Below are positions 8,239 to 17,163 of a DNA stretch of 22,048 bases, piece after piece. Under the pieces are notes generated by a model, which did no database searches, was not told the origin of the DNA, and saw only the letters and a program-made list of their open reading frames with translations. Every line of letters starts with the position of its first letter. Within the stretch, counting starts at the first letter, position 1. The stretch spans positions 1 through 22,048 of the forward strand of contig JAEOTR010000080.1 of the NCBI GenBank assembly GCA_016839705.1, read 5' to 3'. The translations under genes were made by a program, and so were the position numbers. The stretch comes from Promethearchaeota archaeon (GTDB lineage: Archaea > Asgardarchaeota > Lokiarchaeia > Sigyniarchaeales > SOKP01).

Positions 8239-10059
8239 TTAATCACTTCTTAGTGTTTTTTTTGGTACTTTAGAGATTGAATTATATGGGCATAAATTAA
8301 AGCATAACTCACACTTGATACATAAATCGGGATTAATGAAATGTGGTTCCTTAGAATTGCCCGTAATAGCTTTGGAAGGACAATTATTTTTGCAAACTTC
8401 ACATCCAGTACAATTGTTTTCATCTATTGAAAATGATATCAAATTCTTACAAACAAGAGCGGGACAACTCTTTTCTACTACATGTGCTTCATATTCATCT
8501 CTAAAATACTTTAGAGTTGTAAGAACGGGATTGGGTGCTGTTTGACCTAATCCACATAAACTAGTTTTCTTAATAATGTTTGCTAATTTTTCTAAACGTT
8601 CTAAATCTTTTAAATTTGCTTTTCCTTCTGTAATATCAGTAAGAATATCTAACATCCTCTTAGTTCCTACTCTACATGGGACACATTTTCCACAAGATTC
8701 GTTTTGAGTGAAAGAAATAAAATAATGGGCTAATTCTACCATACAAGTGTCCTCATCTAATACAATAAAACCTCCAGAACCCATTATAGAACCTAATGAG
8801 GTAATACTCACATAATCCATTTTAGTATCTGAAAACCTTGCAGGAATGCATCCTCCTGATGGTCCACCAATTTGAACTGCTTTAAATTTCTTTCCGTTTG
8901 GAATACCACCACCGATATCATGCACGATTTTTCCAATCGATGTACCCATAGGAATTTCTACTAATCCTGAATTATTTATTTTTCCTGTGAGAGCTACAAC
9001 CAAGGTTCCAGAGGCAGATTGAGTTCCTATTGAAGAAAACCATTCAGAACCCTTCTCAATTATTTTAGGGATAAAACTATAGGTCTTAACATTATTGTTA
9101 TTAGTCGGTTTATCCCATAAACCAGATGTTGAAGGATAGGGAGGACGAGGTCTAGGAATTCCTCGCTTCCCCATAATAGAAGCCATTAATGCTGTTTCTT
9201 CTCCACATACAAACGCACCAGCTCCTTTTTTTAATGTTATATTAAAATTAAATCCTGAATTAAGAATATCCTTACCAAGATATCCCGCATCTCTAGCTTG
9301 TTGAATAGCTAAATCAAACCTTTCAACAGCTAAAGGATATTCTGCTCTGATGTATATATAACCATAGTTTGCACTAATTGCATAAGCAGCAATGAGCATT
9401 CCTTCAATAACACTATGTGGATCACTTTCCAAAATAGTCCTATCCATAAACGCTCCTGGATCTCCTTCATCTCCATTACATATTAAATATTTAGGAGTTC
9501 CCTCAGCTTCTTGACATAAAGCCCATTTTTGTCCCGTGAGAAATCCTGCGCCGCCTCTACCTCGTAATCCTGATTTTCGAATCTCGTTAATAACATCTAA
9601 GGGGCTATAATGTTGTAATACTTTTTTAAGTGATTCATACCCACCCTCAAATATATATTCTTTAATATCTTCTGGGTTTATTTTGCCACAATTATCAGTA
9701 ATAATGGGCTTTTGCTCAGAATAAAACTGGATATCATCAATATTTCTTATAAAGTTTCCCGTTTTGGGATCCCTATAAAGTAGTCTTTCAACAATTTTAT
9801 CCTCTAATAAATGTTGCTTGATAATATCTATAACATCACTTTCCTTAAGATTAACATATAAAACATTATCGGGGTCAATGATAAAAGTGGGTCCAACTTG
9901 ACAAAAGCCGTGACAGCCAGTTTTTTTAACGTATATAAATTCTGCTAAGTCCCACTCTTGAATTAATTTCACTAATTCTTCGTGAACAGGATTTGCTTTT
10001 AATGAATTACATCCTGTACCTCTACAAACGCGAATAGTCCTTGTTCGAATTTTATTCAT
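8239..10059 (-). CDS. nuoF: NuoF/HydB(BfuB)-like FMN/NADH-binding subunit, bifurcating-type architecture
   Basis: N-terminal thioredoxin-like [2Fe-2S] (CRGTGC...CHGFC), SGLRGRGGAGF, DEGDPGAFMD, GAFVCGEE, GGPSGG, CGKCVPC...C, EAHVVEKSCPALVC, C-terminal 2x[4Fe-4S]. Confidence 0.93.
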   Translation of the reverse strand: MNKIRTRTIRVCRGTGCNSLKANPVHEELVKLIQEWDLAEFIYVKKTGCHGFCQVGPTFIIDPDNVLYVNLKESDVIDIIKQHLLEDKIVERLLYRDPKTGNFIRNIDDIQFYSEQKPIITDNCGKINPEDIKEYIFEGGYESLKKVLQHYSPLDVINEIRKSGLRGRGGAGFLTGQKWALCQEAEGTPKYLICNGDEGDPGAFMDRTILESDPHSVIEGMLIAAYAISANYGYIYIRAEYPLAVERFDLAIQQARDAGYLGKDILNSGFNFNITLKKGAGAFVCGEETALMASIMGKRGIPRPRPPYPSTSGLWDKPTNNNNVKTYSFIPKIIEKGSEWFSSIGTQSASGTLVVALTGKINNSGLVEIPMGTSIGKIVHDIGGGIPNGKKFKAVQIGGPSGGCIPARFSDTKMDYVSITSLGSIMGSGGFIVLDEDTCMVELAHYFISFTQNESCGKCVPCRVGTKRMLDILTDITEGKANLKDLERLEKLANIIKKTSLCGLGQTAPNPVLTTLKYFRDEYEAHVVEKSCPALVCKNLISFSIDENNCTGCEVCKNNCPSKAITGNSKEPHFINPDLCIKCELCFNLCPYNSISKVPKKTLRSD

Positions 10060-10571
10060 TATTTGAAAATTTGGTTAGTTTTATCTTCTTTTAAATCTTT
10101 AAGAATTCTTTTCAACTTCTTAATTGTTAAATCCCCATAAATTTGCCCATTAATCACGCATACCGGTGATATTGCACAACATCCTAAGCATGCTACTGAT
10201 TCTATACTAAAAAGCAGATCATCTGTTGTTTTACCAGCTCTTATCCCTAATTCGTTTTCAACAAAATATAATAAATGTGGGCCTCCCTTAACATGACAAG
10301 CAGTACCATCACAACATATAAGAATATTTTTTCCCAATTTTTTAAATTTAAACTGCGTATAGAAAGTAGCTATGCTATAAATTTCAGCAAGAGAAATTTT
10401 TAACTTTCTAGATAGGTAATACAAAACATTTGAGGGTAAATATTGATATGTTTCTTGTATTTTTTGCAATATTGAAATTAAATTTCCTTTTTCGCGTTCG
10501 TAAGTTTTCAAGATTTTATTAATCTTGGTTTTCTGCTTATCATTGATTTCATAGAGGAGTTCTTGAGTCAA
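10059..10571 (-). CDS. nuoE: NuoE/HydC(BfuC)-like [2Fe-2S] subunit
   Basis: LISILQKIQETYQYLP, IATFYTQF, CDGTACHVKG, ACLGCCAISP; its stop overlaps the nuoF-like ATG (TAATG). Confidence 0.92.
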   Translation of the reverse strand: MTQELLYEINDKQKTKINKILKTYEREKGNLISILQKIQETYQYLPSNVLYYLSRKLKISLAEIYSIATFYTQFKFKKLGKNILICCDGTACHVKGGPHLLYFVENELGIRAGKTTDDLLFSIESVACLGCCAISPVCVINGQIYGDLTIKKLKRILKDLKEDKTNQIFK

Positions 10572-10703
10572 ATTATCCCATTTCCATGATTTCTACTTTA
10601 AATTTTTAAAACTTTGAATAAATTTTAAATTTGTGATTATTAATAGCAAGGTAAACCAGAGATAGTAATATTTTTGACAAATGGAAAATTTATATATTTA
10701 ATC

Positions 10704-12263
10704 ATGGATACAATACTCGTAATGGATTTCGGAGGTCAATATTGTCATTTAATCGCAAGAAGAATTAGAGATTTAGGAGTATACTCAGAAATTTTACCCT
10801 ATAACGTTTCCCTTGAGAAGATTAAAGCCATAAATCCAAAAGGAATCATTTTATCGGGTGGTCCAAATAGTGTTTATGAAAAAGGAAGTCCACAATTAAC
10901 CGAGGAATTTTATAAGTATGTTTCAGATGAAGATATACCCATTTTAGGCATTTGTTATGGACATCATCTCATAGTACACCAGTTAAATGGAAAGGTTGAA
11001 TCAAAAGAACACAAAGAATATGGGCAAACCGACCTGATTATAATAGAAGATAAAGGTCTTCTTGAAGGTTTTAATAAGAAGGAAACAGTATGGATGTCCC
11101 ATGGAGATCAAGTAAAGCAATTACCAGCGGGGTTTAATGTATTAGCAAAGACAGCTACTTGTCCAATTGCAGCTTATATAAATAATCAAAAAAATATATT
11201 TGGTGTTCAATTCCACCCAGAAGTTGTTCATACTCCTAAGGGTAATATTATTCTGAAGAATTTTGTCAGTAAATATGCAAAAGCGAACAAAGAATGGAAG
11301 TTTGAGGACTGGATCGAGCAAACAATAATGGGGATAAAAGAAAGAGTTGGAACAAATAACAGGGTAATTTTGGGATTAAGTGGTGGTGTAGATTCTTCTG
11401 TTGCTGCAGCCTTAATACATAGAGCTATTGGAGATCGATTACATAGTATCTTTGTGAATAATGGAATGTTACGGAAAAATGAAGCAAATCAGGTTCAAAA
11501 AACATTTAAAGATAAGTTAAGGTATAGAAGCTTTCACTATGTAGATGCAGAAGAATTATTCTTGAACAAGCTTAAGGATATTGAAGATCCAGAAGAAAAG
11601 AGAAGAATTATAGGGCATACTTTTATTGATGTTTTTGAGAAAAAGACTATTGAATTAGAAAAAGAATATCCTGATATAAAATTTCTTGCTCAAGGAACGA
11701 TTTATCCTGATCGCGTGGAGACAAGCGCTACAAGCAACGCTTCTGCGAAAATCAAATCTCATCATAATTTGACTTTACCTGATAATATGAGTCTGGAAGT
11801 ATTAGAACCATTGAAAGATTTATATAAAGATGAAGTTAGAAAGATTGGAGTAAAATTAGGATTACCAAACGAGATAATTAACCGTCATCCCTTCCCAGGA
11901 CCAGGATTAGCAGTGAGAATAATTGGTTCTATAGACAAGGAAAAGTTAAACATTCTACGAGATGCTGATGAGATTTTAATTGAGGAAATACGAAAAGCTG
12001 GTGTGTATGAGAGCCTTTGGCAGGCATTTTGTGTATTTCTTCCCCTAAAAACTGTCGGAATCATGGGAGATTATCGTACCTATGAATATATTTGCGCGAT
12101 TAGAGCTGTGGAATCATTAGATGCAATGACTGCAAACTTTGCAAAATTAGATATGGATTTATTAGAAAGAATAGGAACTCGTATTATAAATGAAGTAAAA
12201 GGTATAAATCGTGTTGTTTATGATATCTCTAATAAACCACCAAGTACTATTGAATATGAATAA
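10704..12263 (+). CDS. guaA: GMP synthase (glutamine-hydrolysing), fused GATase + ATPPase form
   Basis: DFGGQY, GICYG, MSHGD, QFHPEV, SGGVDS, IKSHHN, HPFPGPGLAVR, KPPSTIEYE; start taken at ATG 10704. Confidence 0.97.
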   Translation: MDTILVMDFGGQYCHLIARRIRDLGVYSEILPYNVSLEKIKAINPKGIILSGGPNSVYEKGSPQLTEEFYKYVSDEDIPILGICYGHHLIVHQLNGKVESKEHKEYGQTDLIIIEDKGLLEGFNKKETVWMSHGDQVKQLPAGFNVLAKTATCPIAAYINNQKNIFGVQFHPEVVHTPKGNIILKNFVSKYAKANKEWKFEDWIEQTIMGIKERVGTNNRVILGLSGGVDSSVAAALIHRAIGDRLHSIFVNNGMLRKNEANQVQKTFKDKLRYRSFHYVDAEELFLNKLKDIEDPEEKRRIIGHTFIDVFEKKTIELEKEYPDIKFLAQGTIYPDRVETSATSNASAKIKSHHNLTLPDNMSLEVLEPLKDLYKDEVRKIGVKLGLPNEIINRHPFPGPGLAVRIIGSIDKEKLNILRDADEILIEEIRKAGVYESLWQAFCVFLPLKTVGIMGDYRTYEYICAIRAVESLDAMTANFAKLDMDLLERIGTRIINEVKGINRVVYDISNKPPSTIEYE

Positions 12264-12320
12264 TTTTTTTTAATATGGTAATGATTCTAATTTATATTAA
12301 TTATAAACATCTTGACAATC

Positions 12321-14111
12321 ATGACTGAAAAAGAAATAAAATGGGATTTTTCTGAGATGTTTTCAGGTTATGATGACCCAAAATTACCAACCACAATGGA
12401 AAATCTAACCAAAGAAGCAGATCAATTCGTAAAGGATTATAAAGGTAAAATCGACTCTAAAAGTTTTAGTGCAGAGGATTTGAATATTCTCTTAAAAAAG
12501 ATAGAAGACTTTTCGGCTAGACTTGATGAAATACAATTATTTTCAACTAATTCCTTCAACGCCAATATGACTCTTCCCGAAACACAAGCCCTTAATAATA
12601 AATATCGAGAATTTCAAACACAAATTTCTACAAAACTTGCATTTATTGACTTGGAAATGGGGAAATTTATATTTGAAAATAAGGAATTAATTTCTAATCC
12701 AACGTTAGCAAATTATAAACATCATTTAGAAACAATTTATAGGGCATTTCCTCATCAATTATCAGAAGTTGAAGAGCAAATAATTCTTGAAAAAGATCAA
12801 CACGGTATTAGAGCATGGAGTCAACTACAAGGAGCTTGGTTGAATACCCGAGAATTTAAGGTTATGGTGGAAGGTGAAGAAAAAATTCTATCATATGGAG
12901 AAGCAAACAATTTATTTACTCATCCAGATAGAGATACAAGGATTTCTGCAAATAAATCAATATATAGCTTATTAGGTAAAGATGAAGAAATATTTACGAC
13001 TGCCCTGCGTAATATCTGTTCTGATTGGATTAAAAACTCTAAACGTAGAAATTATGATAGCCCAATGCACGATAGTCTCATAGTAAATGATACTACTCAA
13101 GAAATAATAGACAGTCTAGTGCAAACGATCGAAGAGAGTGTAGGTGTATATCGGAGATACCTAAGAATTAAAGCTAAACTTCTTAATTTGCCTAAGCTGA
13201 CTTGTGCTGATGTTGTTGCTCCCCTTCTAAACGTACCTCATAAAAAATATGGATGGGAAGAGGCAAAAGAACTAATATTTGAAGCTTTTAGTCGTTTTGA
13301 TAAATCTTTTGTTGATAATGCTAAAGATATGTTTGAAAAGAAGCATATTGATGCCAGCATAAGAAAGGGTAAAAGAAATGGCGCTTATTGTGCAGGATGG
13401 TATAAAGGAAATTCTGCCTTCATATTAATGTCCTTTGATGGTGCAATAAGAGAAGTATATACATTAACCCATGAACTAGGGCATGCTATACATGATTATT
13501 TAGCCTCACGAGAACAAACATATATTAACGTTCATCCAGGATATACTGTTGCTGAAACCGCTTCCACGTTTGGAGAATTGCTCATGACGGATCTCTTACT
13601 TGAGAAGGCAGAAACAAAAGAAGAAAAGATGGCGATTATAGCTCATATTTTAGATGAAGCAGGCCAATCTGCTTTTCAAGTGAGTGCTCGTATATGGTTC
13701 GAGCAAAGTTTATATGATGCTATAGATAAGGGTGAGCATTTAGATGGAAAAACAGTTTCAAAGTATTGGTGTGCTGGAAGAGATAAAATTTATGGTGATT
13801 CCGTTGAATGGTTTGAAGAAATGGATTGGGAGTGGACAATGAAGGGACACTATTATATCCCAAACTTTAGGTTTTATAATTATCCCTATGTCTACGCTCA
13901 ATTATTTGTGTATGCTTTATATCAGACTTACAAGAAAGAAGGAAAAAGCTTTGTTCCTAAATTTAAAAAATTACTTTCTTCTGGTGGAAGTGTATCTCCG
14001 GAGGAGCTAGGTAAAATAGTGGGATTAGATATTACAAAACCAGACTTTTGGAAGCTCGGAATTAAGCAATATGAAAGTTTTGTAAGCCAATTAGAAAATC
14101 TTATAGAATGA
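12321..14111 (+). CDS. pepF: Oligoendopeptidase F (peptidase M3B)
   Basis: GKRNGAYC, HELGH zinc motif, AETASTFGE, HYY...FYNYPY. TTTATATT about 30 nt before ATG 12321 suggests a leaderless transcript. Confidence 0.93.
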   Translation: MTEKEIKWDFSEMFSGYDDPKLPTTMENLTKEADQFVKDYKGKIDSKSFSAEDLNILLKKIEDFSARLDEIQLFSTNSFNANMTLPETQALNNKYREFQTQISTKLAFIDLEMGKFIFENKELISNPTLANYKHHLETIYRAFPHQLSEVEEQIILEKDQHGIRAWSQLQGAWLNTREFKVMVEGEEKILSYGEANNLFTHPDRDTRISANKSIYSLLGKDEEIFTTALRNICSDWIKNSKRRNYDSPMHDSLIVNDTTQEIIDSLVQTIEESVGVYRRYLRIKAKLLNLPKLTCADVVAPLLNVPHKKYGWEEAKELIFEAFSRFDKSFVDNAKDMFEKKHIDASIRKGKRNGAYCAGWYKGNSAFILMSFDGAIREVYTLTHELGHAIHDYLASREQTYINVHPGYTVAETASTFGELLMTDLLLEKAETKEEKMAIIAHILDEAGQSAFQVSARIWFEQSLYDAIDKGEHLDGKTVSKYWCAGRDKIYGDSVEWFEEMDWEWTMKGHYYIPNFRFYNYPYVYAQLFVYALYQTYKKEGKSFVPKFKKLLSSGGSVSPEELGKIVGLDITKPDFWKLGIKQYESFVSQLENLIE

Positions 14112-14199
14112 ATAATTCTTTCATATTTTTTTTATTAAAATTCATTGATATCAGTCAATAACTTAAAATTAGTTGAAAGAAAAAAATTAAGCTATTTAT

Positions 14200-14826
14200 A
14201 TGGAAAAAAAAGAAATTGTTCGTATAGGATATAATAAGGTAGCTGAAAGGATACAGGAAATCTCTGGTTTAGAAAAAGAGGGAATTTACGAGTTAAACCT
14301 CTTAGCAGACTTTACCTCAAGAATACCACTAAGTGGTTTAGTTCTAGATGCGGGTTGTGGGTATGGTGTTTATTCTCGCTACTTGAGTGATAAATTCAAA
14401 GTTATCGGTGTTGATATTTCTGAGAAGCAAATCGAATTAGCCAAACAAAATGCACCCAAAGCAGAGTTTATATGTGAGGATATGACTAAAACCAACTTTC
14501 CTAATGATTATTTCGATGGAATTTTAGCTTTTTATTCAATAATTCATATACCCAGAGATGAACATTATGATTTATTGAGTAATTTTTTCCGGATGTTAAA
14601 AATGAATGGGGTTGTACTTTTGATTTTTCAGGTAAATGATGATCCTGAATCTTATGAAAATAATTTCTTTAGTAGAGGTGTGAAGATGTATTGGAGCGGT
14701 TTCGATAAAAATGCTAACTTAATCATGCTTAAAAATATTGGATTTAAAATAATATGGTCTAAATCAGTAAAAGAATCTCCGAAGTGGGGAGAATCATCTC
14801 ATTTATTTGTGTTTGCAGAAAAATAG
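14200..14826 (+). CDS. Class I SAM-dependent methyltransferase
   Basis: VLDAGCGYG motif I, GVDISEKQI, FDGILAFYSIIHIP. Confidence 0.92.
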   Translation: MEKKEIVRIGYNKVAERIQEISGLEKEGIYELNLLADFTSRIPLSGLVLDAGCGYGVYSRYLSDKFKVIGVDISEKQIELAKQNAPKAEFICEDMTKTNFPNDYFDGILAFYSIIHIPRDEHYDLLSNFFRMLKMNGVVLLIFQVNDDPESYENNFFSRGVKMYWSGFDKNANLIMLKNIGFKIIWSKSVKESPKWGESSHLFVFAEK

Positions 14827-14859
14827 TATGCGAAAATGATAAAAAAATAGTAAAAAAAA

Positions 14860-16506
14860 TTAATAGTTTCCTGAATAAATCTCGTTTTTGACTAACTCAA
14901 AATCTAGTGATTCTTGGGATTTTATTCCAAGATCCCATTTATAGCACACTTCTTTAGCTCTTTGAGTGATATATGCAATATCTTCGCGACTCAGTAAGTT
15001 TAATTTAAATTTCCGAACCCCTGCTAATAATTGCTTTATTCCAATACCTAATTTACTCGCAAAATAAGTATAAACCCCTACGGCTGAAGGTGGGATATAT
15101 TTTCCATTATAAACTCTATGCAAATTATCGTATTCAACAAACGCCTCATTTATAGTTAAACTCCTAGGATCTTTCTCTTTTGGAAATCCTAAGTTCTTTA
15201 ACATTGCTGGTGTTTGTTGTTTCTTATCAATGACGTCACCAATATATTTTGCTTTCATTGCAGCGGTAATTGGTGCTCTTGCCATTGCTATACAGTTTAT
15301 GTAGGGTGCCCCCATCGCAAGTGCTTTAAACATCTGGGTTTCATTTGCAATACCACCTGCGATTGCTATCGATGGTATAGTTGTGTTTGGGTTTTTACTC
15401 TTAATCATGTCAAGGCAGCCAACCACAAGTGCTTCTAAATATGCAGTCGGAATTGAACCCTCATTCATCATGCTTACAGGACTCATACCCGTCCCTCCAC
15501 CGGCCCCATCAAATGTCATCCCATCCACTTTTCCTTCAATTCCCATTCTTATAATCCATGCTGTTGCCGCTGGTCTATATGCTCCAGTTTTTATGAATAT
15601 ATTCTTTGCACCGTTGGAACGTATTTGGTCAATTTCTTCTAAAACATCCTCTGTAGAAGAGAGTCCTACTCTACTATGCCTTTCAAAGTCTGGAATCAAT
15701 CCTGCTTTCCATTCTTCTATAATAAAAGGATCAGAGGGATCTGGGAAAACTAAATATCCCCTTTCTTGCAGTAACTGTGCTCGTTCTAAAGATTCTAACC
15801 GAACTTCACCTCCAATTGCCTTTGCTCCTTGACCAAATTTTATTTCAAGAGAATTTACTTCTAGGTTAGAAGTGACATAGTCAAATACACCTAATCTTGT
15901 ATCCTCAACATTTTTTTGAACAATGATATCTCCGTGTTTACCATCCCAGAATTTCCTAAAAGTTTCTACACGGTTTTTCATATCCACAGTATCAATCACT
16001 TGAGGATATACAGAATGGTTAGCAAATTTAGAACCGGGATCCATACCAACAACATTCTCACCTACTGTGATACTTACTCCTGCCAAAGCTGCACCTATTG
16101 CTAAACCATCCCAATTGCGTTTCGCAACATAGGTACTTCCTAATCCTGCTATCACAAAAGGGAGTTTTTGATCTATATTTCCCCATTTAGTAGAGATGTC
16201 AACATTAGGAAAAATTACCTTATCTTCGTGAGCTTCAATCCCTTGAGCTCCTCGACATTCAAATTGAATTTGAAAATCACTATATGAAAAACCAAAATCT
16301 TTTGGTGAACCTGCAGTAGAATTACCAAAAAACTCTCTTCGAGGATACAGTACTTCACGACCTCTAAGTGCTGATTTTGAAACTTCACAAAAAACAGGGC
16401 AATCGGCAACACAAATCGGGCATAATCCAGATTCACAAGAATCCTCAACCCTTGTCTTGGATCCAATCATACTCATTTGATGGGTATCCATTGAAAATTT
16501 TGTCAT
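14860..16506 (-). CDS. gltB: Stand-alone FMN-binding glutamate synthase subunit (GltB domain-2 family, N-terminal Cys-rich type)
   Basis: CPICVADCPVFCEV, EIKFGQGAKAIGGE, DGAGGGTGMSP, IAGGI...KALAMGAP; no glutamine amidotransferase domain. Confidence 0.88.
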   Translation of the reverse strand: MTKFSMDTHQMSMIGSKTRVEDSCESGLCPICVADCPVFCEVSKSALRGREVLYPRREFFGNSTAGSPKDFGFSYSDFQIQFECRGAQGIEAHEDKVIFPNVDISTKWGNIDQKLPFVIAGLGSTYVAKRNWDGLAIGAALAGVSITVGENVVGMDPGSKFANHSVYPQVIDTVDMKNRVETFRKFWDGKHGDIIVQKNVEDTRLGVFDYVTSNLEVNSLEIKFGQGAKAIGGEVRLESLERAQLLQERGYLVFPDPSDPFIIEEWKAGLIPDFERHSRVGLSSTEDVLEEIDQIRSNGAKNIFIKTGAYRPAATAWIIRMGIEGKVDGMTFDGAGGGTGMSPVSMMNEGSIPTAYLEALVVGCLDMIKSKNPNTTIPSIAIAGGIANETQMFKALAMGAPYINCIAMARAPITAAMKAKYIGDVIDKKQQTPAMLKNLGFPKEKDPRSLTINEAFVEYDNLHRVYNGKYIPPSAVGVYTYFASKLGIGIKQLLAGVRKFKLNLLSREDIAYITQRAKEVCYKWDLGIKSQESLDFELVKNEIYSGNY

Positions 16507-16539
16507 ATTTTTTCACTTTTTTTAAAAAATTTTAATTTA

Positions 16540-16848
16540 TTATTCAAATCTCAAAAAATGATTTATTTTTTCTTCATTAATTCCTGTCTTACTAAACCTA
16601 ATTGTAGTGTATATATTCCAATCGTACTCATGGTTCTCGAGTTTATCTTTATGGGTGAGTTCTTCAGCAATAGAGTCACAATTACATCCAAAGGGTAAAC
16701 TCTTTAATTCTAAAAAGTTGTCACATCGCCACTTCTCGGTACCTACCCCATTATGGGATAATAAACTACTGTTTGCGGTTTCTTCACATGTCTTACATAC
16801 CTTCCTGTCATGATAATATTCTTTTCCACATAAATGACATTTTAACAT
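16540..16848 (-). CDS. Zn-ribbon hypothetical protein A, paralogue of 18434..18805
   Basis: CHLCGKEYYHDRKVCKTCE; ends 33 bp before the gltB start on the same strand; clear similarity to 18434..18805. Confidence 0.85.
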   Translation of the reverse strand: MLKCHLCGKEYYHDRKVCKTCEETANSSLLSHNGVGTEKWRCDNFLELKSLPFGCNCDSIAEELTHKDKLENHEYDWNIYTTIRFSKTGINEEKINHFLRFE

Positions 16849-16880
16849 TTTTACTATTCACATCCCTTTATTTTTCTCAT

Positions 16881-17096
16881 TTATTGCGCCTCATATAATC
16901 TCGGCCGTTGACTATAAAATATTCTCAACCGGTCTGGCATTGTTTTTCTTATCCGTTTAATCACTGTTGTTACTCCATTACGATTATCTCCATATCCCAT
17001 TGCTCTAGCCCATTCTGCAGCTGAGGATCGTCCTATTTCTCTTAGCTTTTCTAAGCATATTTCTTCCCATGTTCGATAATACTCTTGAACTGTTAT
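16881..17096 (-). CDS. Uncalled 71-aa winged-helix-like protein, probable non-canonical ATA start
   Basis: Manual translation: (M)TVQEYYRTWEEICLEKLREIGRSSAAEWARAMGYGDNRNGVTTVIKRIRKTMPDRLRIFYSQRPRLYEAQ*. Perfect AGGAGGT SD 7 nt upstream; visibly more GC-rich than the flanking intergenic DNA. Confidence 0.7.
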   Translation of the reverse strand: MTVQEYYRTWEEICLEKLREIGRSSAAEWARAMGYGDNRNGVTTVIKRIRKTMPDRLRIFYSQRPRLYEAQ

Positions 17097-17163
17097 TTTT
17101 AAAACCTCCTTTCTGAAAATTTATTATTTTATTTTTCTATTTGTTAACTCCATTTTTTAATAG

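Noticed and set aside
6599-8545. ORFs 6599..6811, 7425..7664 and 8315..8545
   Set aside because: Antisense or alternate-frame ORFs inside the Fe-S operon genes.
8239-10571. Respiratory complex I (nuo) operon
   Set aside because: No membrane or quinone-module subunits nearby; the extra Fe-S domains indicate a soluble HydBC/Bfu-type module.
15214-16813. ORFs 15214..15438, 15383..15832, 15916..16104, 16215..16466 and 16607..16813
   Set aside because: Overlap gltB or Zn-ribbon A; no independent coding signal.
16854-16880. Mini-ORF MRKIKGCE between the wHTH stop and Zn-ribbon A
   Set aside because: Eight codons, out of frame with ORF A and overlapping its likely ribosome-binding region; indistinguishable from chance.
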